This document shows positions 7,623-16,284 of a DNA stretch of 40,614 nucleotides, one piece after another. The position numbers were made by a program, and so were the translations under genes. Under the pieces are notes generated by a model. That model saw only the letters and a program-made list of their open reading frames with translations, did no database searches and was not told the DNA's origin. Numbering within the stretch: position 1 is the first letter of the stretch; every line of letters starts with the position of its first letter. The DNA is taken from UHGV virus genome UHGV-0081829; one strand, 5' to 3'. This stretch comes from a virus.

Positions 7623-8423
7623 ATGGCAAAAAAACCTACACCAGACCAGGTAAAAAAGATTCGTTCCGGCATTACCAAGAAAATACGGTTTGAGGTTTTC
7701 AAGCGCGATGGCTTCAAATGCCAGTACTGTGGGAGTTCTGCGCCAGACGTCATCCTTCATGTCGACCATATCAACCCAGTTAGCAAGGGTGGCGATAACG
7801 ACATGATGAACCTTATTACTTCTTGCGATAGTTGTAATGGCGGGAAAAGCGACAAACTGCTCAGCGATAACTCAATAATGGAAAAGCAAAGGCAGCAACT
7901 CCAGGAACTTAATACCAAGCGAGAGCAACTGGAGATGATGATCAAGTGGCGAGATGGTCTTAAGAGCCTGAAAGACGATGTTGTTGATATTGTCGCTACC
8001 AAAATTGACGACTGCATTGCACCATTTACTGTTAATGACAATGGGCGAAAATCTATCAAGAGATGGCTTCGAATATATAAGCTTGAAGAAATCCTCGATG
8101 CGATTGAGATTGCCGCAGACAAAAAACTCACCCAAGAAATAACCCATGAGCTTACTGGTGAATTCTTTGAGTACATCCCTCGCATAGCAGCGACAAAAAG
8201 AAAACCGCCAAAAGAACAAAGGATTCTATACATCAGAGGAATTCTTAAAAACCGCATATATATCAATCAAAACCATGTAATGAGTTATCTCAAGGCATGG
8301 CTTTCATACGACTTAGATCTCGATGAACTTACTGAGTTTGCGAAAACAGTACCTAACTGGACAACGTTCAAGGAGTGGGTATCTGAACGCATTCGTGAAG
8401 CTCAGGAAGAACTCCCGTACTAA
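7623..8423 (+). CDS. HNH endonuclease domain protein
   Basis: HNH signature CQYCG...HVDHINPVSKGGDNDMMNLITSCDSCN in the N-terminal third; ATG at 7623 with GGAG 6 nt upstream; track ORF 7611..8423. Confidence 0.65.
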   Translation: MAKKPTPDQVKKIRSGITKKIRFEVFKRDGFKCQYCGSSAPDVILHVDHINPVSKGGDNDMMNLITSCDSCNGGKSDKLLSDNSIMEKQRQQLQELNTKREQLEMMIKWRDGLKSLKDDVVDIVATKIDDCIAPFTVNDNGRKSIKRWLRIYKLEEILDAIEIAADKKLTQEITHELTGEFFEYIPRIAATKRKPPKEQRILYIRGILKNRIYINQNHVMSYLKAWLSYDLDLDELTEFAKTVPNWTTFKEWVSERIREAQEELPY

Positions 8424-8434
8424 AGGTGGACAAA

Positions 8435-9322
8435 ATGGCACGTTCAAGAAATATCAAACCAGGCTTTTTCACCAATGATGAATTAGCTGAGTGTTCTCCA
8501 TATGCCCGTCTCCTTTTTGCCGGGTTATGGACTATTGCTGACAAAGAAGGGCGGTTGGATGATCGCCCAAAGAAAATTAAAGCAATGGTACTGCCTTTCG
8601 ATGATGTGGACTGCAATGATCTGCTTCAGCAGCTTCATAGTCACAAATTCATCAACCGATATCAGGTAAATGGCGGCTCATATATCCAAATCAATAACTG
8701 GAAAAAGCACCAGAACCCTCACTGCAAAGAAGCAGCCAGTGAGATACCAGAACCAGTAGAGAACAATAACAGCACCATGCAAGTACAGTGCAAGGACGAT
8801 AAAGAGGAAGAGAAGGAGGATGCCGAATCACTACAAGTCATTGAAAACAATGGAGTACCAGAAAAGCACCATGCAAGTACAGTGCAAGAACCAGTAGAGA
8901 ACAGTTTAAATCCTGCTGATTCCCTTAACCTGATTCCTGATTCCCTTAACCTGATTCCTGATTCCCTTTCTAACACCCAAGCCGCTGACGCGACTTGTGA
9001 AGGGGGTGGGGCTGATGTCCATAAAATTTCAAGTCGCTATGCATTCGAAGGAAATATCGTTCGGTTAAACCACAAGGACTACGAAGCATGGAAGCGCCTG
9101 TATCCGAATATTGACCTGAATTACGAACTGGAAAGGCTGGATATCGAATTTAGCCATGAGAAGCCAAAGAACTGGTTTATCACTGCCAGCCAGAAACTCA
9201 GCTACCAGAACAAGCAGGCGTTATCCAGACCGGTACGCAAGGTTGCTAATGGACTTAAGGCTGAAAACTTTGCCACCAAAGATTACGGACAAACTGAAAT
9301 GCCTTCATGGGCGCAGGAGTGA
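8435..9322 (+). CDS. Replication initiator / replisome organizer (O-like), carries the iterons
   Basis: ATG at 8435 (MARSRNIKPGFF...) with GGTGG 5 nt upstream; sits in the lambda O position; internal direct repeats. Confidence 0.7.
   Translation: MARSRNIKPGFFTNDELAECSPYARLLFAGLWTIADKEGRLDDRPKKIKAMVLPFDDVDCNDLLQQLHSHKFINRYQVNGGSYIQINNWKKHQNPHCKEAASEIPEPVENNNSTMQVQCKDDKEEEKEDAESLQVIENNGVPEKHHASTVQEPVENSLNPADSLNLIPDSLNLIPDSLSNTQAADATCEGGGADVHKISSRYAFEGNIVRLNHKDYEAWKRLYPNIDLNYELERLDIEFSHEKPKNWFITASQKLSYQNKQALSRPVRKVANGLKAENFATKDYGQTEMPSWAQE
8750..8970 (+). repeat. Iteron-like direct repeats (candidate replication origin) inside the replication gene
   Basis: 24-bp repeat AGCACCATGCAAGTACAGTGCAAG at 8771-8794 and 8865-8888; 16-bp GAACCAGTAGAGAACA at 8750-8765 and 8888-8903; TGATTCC(CTTAACC) repeated five times at 8917-8970. 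Confidence 0.6.
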
Positions 9323-9324
9323 AC

Positions 9325-10170
9325 ATGACGCTGGATGAAAAGATCTCCCAACTGGAGAAAAAACTTGCAGAATTGAGTTCTCCGCCAATTGCTATCGAGC
9401 ATACAGCTGTAGAAATTGGCACTGGCATCTGTGAAAAACATGGTGAGTTTGAGCAGCGTAACCGTTACTCTACTGGGCCAATTAAGTTTGCCTCAAGACC
9501 TAGCGAATGCCCGGAATGCATGAGAGATGAGCTTATTCGGCTACAGGCAGAGAAGATTAAAATCGACGAGGAATCACGTAAGCGCAATGTCGAGTTTCTG
9601 TTGAATAATCTTGATATTCCTGAACGATTCAAGGGTTGCACACTACAGAACTACGAGCCAGTCAACGACGATGCAAAGAGAGTGCTCAGGGTGTGTCAGG
9701 CATACGCCAGCAAATGGCCTGAGAGGTTACAGAAAGGCGGTGGGCTGGTTATGTGTGGAAAGCCTGGTACTGGAAAGAATCATCTTGCACTGGCTATCGC
9801 CCGGCACGCAATTACGGAACATCAAAGCTCAGCTATTTTCACAACGGCGCTGAAAATTGCCAGAGAATATAAATCAACATGGTCGAAAAACTCCACCCGC
9901 ACAGAGGATGAAGTGATCCGACAGTTCACTAAACCTGACCTGCTAATTATCGATGAGGTTGGTGTGCAGTTTGGAAGCGAGGCGGAAAAGATGATCATGT
10001 TCGAAATCATCAACACCCGCTACGAGCGCATGAAGCCAACAATCCTGATTAGCAACCAGAGCAAAGATGAACTGTCTGCATTCATTGGTGAGCGTGTTAT
10101 TGACAGGATGAATGATGGCGGCGGGTGCACTCTTGCGTTTACATGGGATAGTTACAGGAGCAGATCGTGA
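9325..10170 (+). CDS. DnaC-like helicase loader (IstB/DnaC-type AAA+ ATPase)
   Basis: Walker A GKPGTGKNHLALAIA, Walker B LLIIDEVG; ATG at 9325 with AGGAG 5 nt upstream. Confidence 0.8.
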   Translation: MTLDEKISQLEKKLAELSSPPIAIEHTAVEIGTGICEKHGEFEQRNRYSTGPIKFASRPSECPECMRDELIRLQAEKIKIDEESRKRNVEFLLNNLDIPERFKGCTLQNYEPVNDDAKRVLRVCQAYASKWPERLQKGGGLVMCGKPGTGKNHLALAIARHAITEHQSSAIFTTALKIAREYKSTWSKNSTRTEDEVIRQFTKPDLLIIDEVGVQFGSEAEKMIMFEIINTRYERMKPTILISNQSKDELSAFIGERVIDRMNDGGGCTLAFTWDSYRSRS

Positions 10171-10457
10171 CTGGAAAAGAAATCATCCTGGAATATCTGA
10201 AAACTCATGAACAATTCTCCCCACATGAATTAGCACTGATCACCGGAATACCGAATAACAGAATCGCTCAAGCAGCAAGGCATATGGTGAAACAAGGGCA
10301 TTTGAGTGTTGTTGAGCGTAAGTGGAAGACGGTTATTTATGCAAAGCGCAAAGTGAAGAAGGAGCCAATTAAAAGAAATCCAGATGGTACGGGGTGGGGA
10401 TGTGCAAATCCAATGACGGCGTTTATTAATAGGGCGCTTATGGAGGTAAGGCAATGA
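10167..10457 (+). CDS. Hypothetical protein (possible winged-helix DNA-binding)
   Basis: GTG start overlapping the upstream stop (GTGA) with AGGAG 6 nt upstream; 96 aa. Confidence 0.5.
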   Translation: MTGKEIILEYLKTHEQFSPHELALITGIPNNRIAQAARHMVKQGHLSVVERKWKTVIYAKRKVKKEPIKRNPDGTGWGCANPMTAFINRALMEVRQ

Positions 10458-10723
10458 ATAAAAAACAATTAGCCATTCTCGAAAAGGCATGGGATGCACT
10501 AATATCATGCGCTTTGAAAGAACAGGCACTACCAATAATCCAGACCAAATCGAAAATAGCCAGGAAGTTATGCGATGACGGATTCCTGAGTGAAGTTGAG
10601 ATTACGCACCAGATGGTAACGTTCAAAGGGTATGAGATAAATCATCATGGTATAGCGGCGTATTGCTCCCATCTTCCTGATGACGTTGACATTGATGAAA
10701 TGGAAAGGGAGATGAAGCAATGA
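10454..10723 (+). CDS. Hypothetical protein
   Basis: ATG at 10454 with GGAGG 7 nt upstream; overlaps the upstream stop. Confidence 0.5.
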   Translation: MNKKQLAILEKAWDALISCALKEQALPIIQTKSKIARKLCDDGFLSEVEITHQMVTFKGYEINHHGIAAYCSHLPDDVDIDEMEREMKQ

Positions 10724-11124
10724 CCATCTACATCACTGAGCTAATAACAGGCCTGCTGGTAATCGCAGGCCTTTTTATTTGGGGGGGGGAGGGAAGTGTG
10801 GCTGACTGGCAAATTCCAATAATCATTCTTGCCGGAGCTTCGCTGGTTGCTGGCTTTATCCTTCTGAAAAAGCATAAAGACCGTGATCAAAAAGTCGAAG
10901 TTCTCTATGGGTATCCAGCGAACAGCACAACATGGCTGACCATTTACCACTACCGAAAATCAGGCCGCTGGGTATTCGAATGGGATGATCTGTTTGCTGA
11001 AAAGCGACCAAAGTCATGGGGAGACATCAGCGAATGCATGATGTTTGAAGAAAGAAAATCCGGCGCAACTCGAGAAGAGTTTAACGAAGCGTGGAGGTTA
11101 TTAAGTGAGAGAGGGTATCAATGA
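10720..11124 (+). CDS. Membrane protein (two N-terminal TM helices), hypothetical
   Basis: ITGLLVIAGLFIWGG and IIILAGASLVAGFILL hydrophobic segments; GGGAG upstream; coupled start/stop overlaps. Confidence 0.5.
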   Translation: MTIYITELITGLLVIAGLFIWGGEGSVADWQIPIIILAGASLVAGFILLKKHKDRDQKVEVLYGYPANSTTWLTIYHYRKSGRWVFEWDDLFAEKRPKSWGDISECMMFEERKSGATREEFNEAWRLLSERGYQ

Positions 11125-11357
11125 GCAAAATTAAATCTGGTTATCCAGGGAATGGGGAATACCCGAAGACATATTTACCTGTAACTGTGACCACTCAATC
11201 TAGGCATCCACATCATTTCAAGCAAAGTGGTACAGCTTATTGGAGTGGCAAGCGGTGGATAGGTATTGATGGGTTCAAAATTGGGTATGCAAAGGTAATT
11301 AAATGGGAATTTAACATCGCAAACTGGAGTTCATCCCATGAGGAAACTAACGTTTGA
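11121..11357 (+). CDS. Hypothetical protein
   Basis: ATG at 11121 with GAGGG 6 nt upstream; 78 aa. Confidence 0.45.
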   Translation: MSKIKSGYPGNGEYPKTYLPVTVTTQSRHPHHFKQSGTAYWSGKRWIGIDGFKIGYAKVIKWEFNIANWSSSHEETNV

Positions 11358-11778
11358 ACTAAGAAGCCCCATCCATCAGCAGAACGCCATTCAAGCTATC
11401 CAGCAAATCCTTCCAGACCCAACCAAACCAATCGTAGTAACCATTCAGGAACGCAACCGCAGCTTAGACCAAAACAGGAAGCTATGGGCCTGCTTAGGTG
11501 ACGTCTCTCGTCAGGTTGAATGGCATGGTCGCTGGCTGGATGCAGAAAGCTGGAAGTGTGTGTTTACCGCAGCATTAAAGCAGCAGGATGTTGTTCCTAA
11601 CCTTGCCGGGAATGGCTTTGTGGTAATAGGCCAGTCAACCAGCAGGATGCGTGTAAGCGAATTTGCAGAGCTATTAGAGCTTATACAGGCATTCGGTACA
11701 GAGCGTGGCGTTAAGTGGTCGGACGAAGCGCGACTGGCTCTCGAATGGAAAGCGCGATGGGGAGACAGGGCGGCATGA
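11338..11778 (+). CDS. ninB: NinB recombination protein
   Basis: 146 aa, near-identical to lambda NinB as recalled ([64 protein letters not shown]...). Confidence 0.9.
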   Translation: MRKLTFELRSPIHQQNAIQAIQQILPDPTKPIVVTIQERNRSLDQNRKLWACLGDVSRQVEWHGRWLDAESWKCVFTAALKQQDVVPNLAGNGFVVIGQSTSRMRVSEFAELLELIQAFGTERGVKWSDEARLALEWKARWGDRAA

Positions 11779-11951
11779 GACGACAGCGACGAAGTATCAC
11801 CGACATCATCTGCGAAAACTGCAAATACCTTCCAACGAAACGCTCCAGAAATAAACGCAAGCCAATCCCAAAAGAATCTGACGTAAAAACTTTCAACTAC
11901 ACGGCTCACCTGTGGGATATCCGGTGGCTAAGACATCGTGCGAGGAAATGA
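11775..11951 (+). CDS. ninE: NinE protein
   Basis: ATG at 11775 overlaps the NinB stop (ATGA); [23 protein letters not shown]... matches lambda NinE as recalled. Confidence 0.8.
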   Translation: MRRQRRSITDIICENCKYLPTKRSRNKRKPIPKESDVKTFNYTAHLWDIRWLRHRARK

Positions 11952-11953
11952 CA

Positions 11954-12337
11954 ATGGATTATTCACAGTTAAGTGATTTTGAAATTAACGTGGCGGTATT
12001 CGAAGCCATTCATAACGGATCACCGGATTACAAAGAAGGTGAGAATGGCGATATGGTGTTTGTCTCATTTGAGGGAGACATTGTAAACGGAGACGCAGTT
12101 GAAGTAGAAGTTGAGCGCGGATCATTTAACCCATGCGTAAACCCAGCAGACGCATGGCCGATTATCACTGAAAACAACATCAGCATAATTTTAGACAATC
12201 CCTCAATGCCGTGCGCCACAGACAACGCAAGGGACTTGTTTGATGATGCAGGACCGAATGTTGGTGTCGCATATGACAATCCACTCCGTGCCGCCATGAT
12301 TGTCTTTCTCATGCTGCAGGACGCCAATAATGCTTAG
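11954..12337 (+). CDS. Hypothetical nin-region protein
   Basis: ATG at 11954 (MDYSQLSDFEIN...) with GAGGA 7 nt upstream; track ORF 11912..12337. Confidence 0.5.
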   Translation: MDYSQLSDFEINVAVFEAIHNGSPDYKEGENGDMVFVSFEGDIVNGDAVEVEVERGSFNPCVNPADAWPIITENNISIILDNPSMPCATDNARDLFDDAGPNVGVAYDNPLRAAMIVFLMLQDANNA

Positions 12338-12506
12338 CCCATCCCAATCCATTCAATACCAGAAAGAAAGCGTCGAGCGAGCTTTAACGTGCGCTAACTG
12401 CGGTCAGAAGCTGCATGTGCTGGAAGTTCACGTGTGTGAGCACTGCTGTGCAGAACTGATGAGCGATCCGAATAGCTCAATGTACGAGGAAGAAGACGAT
12501 GAATGA
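12330..12506 (+). CDS. ninF: NinF protein
   Basis: ATG at 12330; MLSPSQSIQYQKESVERALTCANCGQKLHVLEVHVCEHCCAELM... matches lambda NinF as recalled. Confidence 0.8.
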   Translation: MLSPSQSIQYQKESVERALTCANCGQKLHVLEVHVCEHCCAELMSDPNSSMYEEEDDE

Positions 12507-13221
12507 GTTAATAAATGGCAATGCCATCAAAATGACAAGCATTGAAATCGCTGAGTTGGTGGGTAAGCGTCATGACAATGTGAAACGTACCATCGAAACG
12601 CTGGCTAAAAATGGTGTTATCCGGCTTCCTCAAATTGAGGTTTCCGAAAAAATCAATAACTTAGGGTTCAATGTTCAGTACGAGCATTACGTCTTCGAAG
12701 GCGAACAAGGTAAGCGAGATAGTATTGTTGTTGTTGCCCAGTTGTCGCCAGAGTTCACCGCTCGCCTTGTTGACCGATGGCGAGAGCTTGAAGAAGCTGT
12801 GGTTAATATCCCAAAAACGCTACCGGAAGCGTTGCGCCTTGCTGCTGACCTTGCTGAGCAGAAAATGCAACTGGAAAACCAGCTCGCAATTGCCGCACCT
12901 AAAGTTGAGTTTGCCGATCGCGTTGGCGAGGCCAGCGGAATTTTGATTGGAAACTTTGCAAAGGTTGTTGGAATTGGTCCAAACAAACTGTTTGCGTGGA
13001 TGCGCGATCACAAAATCCTTATTGCTTCAGGTTCCCGGCGCAATGTGCCAATGCAGGAATATATGGATCGCGGCTATTTCACAGTGAAAGAAACAGCGGT
13101 CAACACAAATCACGGAATACAGATATCGTTCACCACAAAAATCACCGGGCGTGGTCAACAGTGGCTGACCAGAAAGCTGCTCGATAACGGAATGCTGAAA
13201 GTAACAGGGGAGGCTGCTTAA
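12499..13221 (+). CDS. Rha-family phage regulatory protein / antirepressor-like
   Basis: N-terminus MNELINGNAIKMTSIEIAELVGKRHDNVKRTIETL resembles the Rha family; GAGGA 8 nt upstream. Confidence 0.6.
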   Translation: MNELINGNAIKMTSIEIAELVGKRHDNVKRTIETLAKNGVIRLPQIEVSEKINNLGFNVQYEHYVFEGEQGKRDSIVVVAQLSPEFTARLVDRWRELEEAVVNIPKTLPEALRLAADLAEQKMQLENQLAIAAPKVEFADRVGEASGILIGNFAKVVGIGPNKLFAWMRDHKILIASGSRRNVPMQEYMDRGYFTVKETAVNTNHGIQISFTTKITGRGQQWLTRKLLDNGMLKVTGEAA

Positions 13222-13511
13222 TGGCTAACCTACGCAAAGAAGCACGCGGCAGAGAATGCCAGGTACGTATTTACGGCGTATGCAATGGCAATCCTGAAAC
13301 TACAGTTCTGGCACATTACCGAATGGCTGGAATTTGCGGAACGGGAATGAAACCTGACGACCTGATCGGCGCATGGGCTTGTAGTGACTGCCACGCGGAG
13401 ATCGACCGACGCACCCATAATCTCGACAACAAAGACGCCAGACTTTACCACCTCGAAGGCGTGATCAGGACGCAGGCGATACTGCTGAAGGAGGGGAAGA
13501 TTAAGTCATGA
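13221..13511 (+). CDS. DUF1364-like nin-region protein (cysteine/histidine motif)
   Basis: 96 aa with CQVRIYGVCNG...CSDCH motif; family name from memory. Confidence 0.5.
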   Translation: MANLRKEARGRECQVRIYGVCNGNPETTVLAHYRMAGICGTGMKPDDLIGAWACSDCHAEIDRRTHNLDNKDARLYHLEGVIRTQAILLKEGKIKS

Positions 13512-13870
13512 ACGAATATCAGTTTGTGCTTCCATACCCGCCGTCGGTGAATACCTACTGGCGAAGACGGGGAAGCCAATACTACATCAGCGATAAAGTC
13601 CAGAAATACCGAAAAGACGTTCAGCAAATTATCCGCCAACTTAAGTTAGATATTTTCACCAAATCACGACTCCGCATCAAAGTCATCGCAGACGTTCCAG
13701 ACTCCCGCCGCCGCGACCTCGATAACATCCTGAAAGGTTTACTCGACTCCCTTATCCACGCCGGATTTGCGGAAGACGACGAGCAATTCGATGACATTCG
13801 CGTAATTCGTGGTGTGAAAGTACCAGGCGGACGGCTTGGAATAAAAATCACCGAACTGGAGAACGCATGA
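13508..13870 (+). CDS. rusA: RusA Holliday-junction resolvase
   Basis: 120 aa; N-terminal FVLPYPPSVNTYWRRRG and acidic D/E residues typical of RusA. Confidence 0.85.
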   Translation: MNEYQFVLPYPPSVNTYWRRRGSQYYISDKVQKYRKDVQQIIRQLKLDIFTKSRLRIKVIADVPDSRRRDLDNILKGLLDSLIHAGFAEDDEQFDDIRVIRGVKVPGGRLGIKITELENA

Positions 13871-14055
13871 ACGCCACAATTCAAACGATACCAGAGCTTC
13901 TTATCCAGACACGAGGCAATCAGACCGAAGTGGCGAGGATGCTTTCCTGTGCAAGAGGAACAGTGCTCAAGTACAACCGATACAGCAAAGGTGAGCGTCA
14001 CGTAATAGTTAACGGCGTCCTGATGGTCAAACAGGGCAAGAGGGGAAGACGATGA
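13867..14055 (+). CDS. ninH: NinH-like protein
   Basis: 62 aa; ...TIPELLIQTRGNQTEVARMLSCARGTVLKY... resembles lambda NinH (..YGNQTEVARRLKCSRGTVRKY..) as recalled. Confidence 0.75.
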   Translation: MNATIQTIPELLIQTRGNQTEVARMLSCARGTVLKYNRYSKGERHVIVNGVLMVKQGKRGRR

Positions 14056-14570
14056 GCATAAGAGAACTAAACCTCACCAAAGAGCAGCACGAGTGGCTAA
14101 ATGGCTGGCTTGAACTGTGGGGTGCATGGGTTTATTCAGGTCGTCTGGAAAAGCGCATGAGCAGCGTAATAGCGAAGTTCATGGAGAGCGTAGAGCCGGG
14201 AAGAGTTATGACAAGGCCAATGTGTAATGATGATGATGGAATGTTGATTTCTCAGGTCGTCGATTCCGTCATGTACATTGACAAGAAAGCCTTTGGCATC
14301 CTCCTCAGCTACTACGCTCATGGTTCATCTAAGCGAGCAATTGCATCCTACTATCACGCGACTGCAAAGCCACGCAAGATGTGTGGGCGTGGTGGTGAGG
14401 GATGGAGAAAACCTTCACTGGCAACCTGTAGAAACGAAATTGACGACATCCTGAAAGCGTCATTATTTGTTTTATACCAGCCAATGCAAAATGCTTTCAA
14501 AATGCGCAAACGTGTTGAGAAAGTTAAGCATGTTGCTGTTAAAAGCCTTGACATGCAATTATCCATTTAG
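14052..14570 (+). CDS. Q: Late-gene antiterminator Q
   Basis: 172 aa at the NinH-to-lysis junction, immediately upstream of a strong promoter and terminator (pR'/tR' arrangement); family assignment by position and recollection. Confidence 0.6.
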   Translation: MSIRELNLTKEQHEWLNGWLELWGAWVYSGRLEKRMSSVIAKFMESVEPGRVMTRPMCNDDDGMLISQVVDSVMYIDKKAFGILLSYYAHGSSKRAIASYYHATAKPRKMCGRGGEGWRKPSLATCRNEIDDILKASLFVLYQPMQNAFKMRKRVEKVKHVAVKSLDMQLSI

Positions 14571-14577
14571 CCATAAT
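14548..14577 (+). promoter_or_regulatory. Candidate late promoter pR' (-35 TTGACA, 18-bp spacer, -10 CATAAT)
   Basis: TTGACA at 14548-14553 and CATAAT at 14572-14577, overlapping the 3' end of Q. Confidence 0.5.
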
Positions 14578-14586
14578 TAGCAGGTA

Positions 14587-14630
14587 AGCTGCCGTTAGTG
14601 ACTCTTAAGTTGCAACGGTGGCTTTTTTAT
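14587..14630 (+). terminator. Candidate tR'-like intrinsic terminator
   Basis: 8-bp stem AGCTGCCG/CGGTGGCT (two G-U pairs) with a 21-nt loop, followed by TTTTTTATTT. Confidence 0.4.
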
Positions 14631-14632
14631 TT

Positions 14633-14707
14633 GGGTCAGTCGTATAAAGGTCATTACGGAAGGCTGTTAACCTTCTTATCGTGGTTCGAGTCCACGCTGT
14701 CCCGCCA
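14633..14707 (+). tRNA. tRNA-Asn (anticodon GTT), phage-encoded
   Basis: 75 nt; anticodon stem GAAGG/CCTTC with loop CTGTTAA; T-arm CGTGG-TTCGAGT-CCACG; acceptor GGGTCAG/CTGTCCC (one U-U mismatch); 3' CCA encoded. Confidence 0.6.
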
Positions 14708-14712
14708 AATAT

Positions 14713-14788
14713 GCTGGTTTAGCTCCAATGGTAGAGCGGTCGCCTTGTAAGCGAATGGGTAGCGGTTCAAGTCCGTTAACCAGCACCA
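14713..14788 (+). tRNA. tRNA-Thr (anticodon TGT), phage-encoded
   Basis: 76 nt; perfect acceptor GCTGGTT/AACCAGC; D-arm GCTC-CAATGGTA-GAGC; anticodon loop CTTGTAA; T-loop TTCAAGT; 3' CCA encoded. Confidence 0.7.
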
Positions 14789-14905
14789 TAACTGAGCCGT
14801 AGCCACTGGCTATCCTGAACTCATCAGTGATAGTTACGCTGCGGCCTTCTTTTCCCCCTTCCCAATATAAGAACTACGCAATCCGTTACTGGCGGAGGCG
14901 TTGCT

Positions 14906-15121
14906 ATGAAATCAATGGACAAAATCTCAACTGGCATTGCCTACGGGACATCCGCTGGTAGTGCGGGATACTGGTTTTTGCAGTGGTTGGATCAGGTCAG
15001 TCCATCACAGTGGGCTGCGATTGGAGTGCTTGGAAGCCTTGTGTTGGGTTTTCTCACTTATCTGACAAATCTGTATTTCAAAATCAGAGAAGACAGACGA
15101 AAGGCTGCGAGAGGTGAATAA
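14906..15121 (+). CDS. S: Pinholin S21-type holin (dual-start MKSMDK)
   Basis: 71 aa; [33 protein letters not shown]... matches phage 21 S as recalled; GGAGG 8 nt upstream. Confidence 0.85.
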   Translation: MKSMDKISTGIAYGTSAGSAGYWFLQWLDQVSPSQWAAIGVLGSLVLGFLTYLTNLYFKIREDRRKAARGE

Positions 15122-15618
15122 TGCCTCCATCATTACGAAAAGCCGTTGCTGCTGCTATTGGTGGCGGGGCTATTGCTATAGCATCTGTGTTAATCACTGG
15201 CCCAAGTGGTAACGATGGTCTGGAAGGTGTCAGCTACATACCATACAAAGATATTGTTGGTGTATGGACTGTATGTCACGGGCATACAGGAAAAGACATC
15301 ATGCTAGGTAAAACGTATACCGAAGCAGAATGCAAAGCCCTCCTGAATAAAGACCTTGCCACGGTCGCCAGACAAATTAACCCGTACATCAAAGTCGATA
15401 TACCGGAAACAACGCGCGGCGCTCTTTACTCGTTCGTTTACAACGTTGGTGCTGGAAATTTCAGAACATCGACGCTTCTTCGCAAAATAAACCAGGGCGA
15501 TATCAAAGGCGCATGTGATCAGCTACGGCGCTGGACATACGCTGGCGGTAAGCAATGGAAAGGGCTGATGACTCGCCGTGAGATTGAGCGTGAAGTCTGT
15601 TTGTGGGGGCAACAATGA
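15121..15618 (+). CDS. R: SAR endolysin (lysozyme with N-terminal signal-arrest-release segment)
   Basis: N-terminal Gly/Ala-rich hydrophobic [20 protein letters not shown] followed by a lysozyme-like domain; start overlaps the holin stop. Confidence 0.85.
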   Translation: MPPSLRKAVAAAIGGGAIAIASVLITGPSGNDGLEGVSYIPYKDIVGVWTVCHGHTGKDIMLGKTYTEAECKALLNKDLATVARQINPYIKVDIPETTRGALYSFVYNVGAGNFRTSTLLRKINQGDIKGACDQLRRWTYAGGKQWKGLMTRREIEREVCLWGQQ

Positions 15619-16082
15619 GCAGAGTAACCGCGATTATCTCCGCTCTGGTTATTTGCATCATCGTCTGCCTGTCGTGGGCGGTTAATCATTACCGTGATAA
15701 CGCCATGACCTACAAAGAGCAGCGCGATAAAAAAGTCAGTGAGCTGAAGCAGGCGACCGCCACCATTACTGACATGCAGCAACGCCAGCGTGCTGCTGAT
15801 GCACTCGATGCTAAATACACGAAGGAGTTAGCTGATGCGAAAGCTGAAAATGATGCTCTTCGGCGCAAGCTTGATAATGGTGGCAGGGTGCTCGTCAAAG
15901 GAAAATGCCCTGTGCCATCCTCAGCCGAAACCTCCGGCGCCTCCGGCATGGGCAATGATGCCACCGTCGAACTCTCTCCAGTTGCTGGACGAAACGTTCT
16001 CGGTGTTCGGGACGGAATTATCCGTGACCAAACAGCACTGAGAACGCTTCAGGAGTACATCAGGACGCAATGCCTGAAATAA
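15615..16082 (+). CDS. Rz: Rz i-spanin
   Basis: ATG at 15615 overlaps the endolysin stop (ATGA); N-terminal TM then coiled coil; 155 aa. Confidence 0.75.
   Translation: MSRVTAIISALVICIIVCLSWAVNHYRDNAMTYKEQRDKKVSELKQATATITDMQQRQRAADALDAKYTKELADAKAENDALRRKLDNGGRVLVKGKCPVPSSAETSGASGMGNDATVELSPVAGRNVLGVRDGIIRDQTALRTLQEYIRTQCLK
15835..16041 (+). CDS. Rz1: Rz1 o-spanin lipoprotein, embedded in Rz in the +1 frame
   Basis: Lipobox LIMVAGCSS, proline-rich body, AAGGAG 7 nt upstream, lies entirely inside Rz. Confidence 0.7.
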   Translation: MRKLKMMLFGASLIMVAGCSSKENALCHPQPKPPAPPAWAMMPPSNSLQLLDETFSVFGTELSVTKQH

Positions 16083-16114
16083 TTTTTTTTGCAAATCACA
16101 AAGTCAATTTAATG

Positions 16115-16137
16115 AGCCTCGCGATGCGGGGCTTTTT
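16115..16137 (+). terminator. Intrinsic terminator after the lysis cassette
   Basis: Stem AGCCTCGC/GCGGGGCT followed by a T5 run. Confidence 0.5.
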
Positions 16138-16144
16138 GCAATAA

Positions 16145-16169
16145 ATGCGTACCGCAACGCATGTTTTTT
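16145..16169 (+). terminator. Second intrinsic terminator (tandem)
   Basis: Perfect stem ATGCGT/ACGCAT with loop ACCGCA followed by a T6 run. Confidence 0.6.
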
Positions 16170-16284
16170 ACACCGAACCTGCCCTTTTGGAATGGGCCTT
16201 TGAGGATACCAGTTAGTGCTGGCGAGCCTCGGTGGGCTGGTTTCCTGTGCGGCAAAGGTTCATTTCAAAGAGTAGGTACACGCT

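Noticed and set aside
7757-8266. Minus-strand ORFs (169 aa and 115 aa) overlapping the HNH gene
   Set aside because: Entirely antisense to a well-supported plus-strand gene, low-complexity Ser/Leu-rich translations, no RBS seen; judged spurious.
8917-8970. Short tandem repeats that might be taken for a CRISPR array
   Set aside because: Units are 7-21 bp with no spacer structure, lie inside a coding sequence, and fit replication-origin iterons; no cas genes are present.
14789-14905. Possible third tRNA after tRNA-Thr
   Set aside because: No cloverleaf could be drawn; the region contains only short inverted repeats and the holin RBS.
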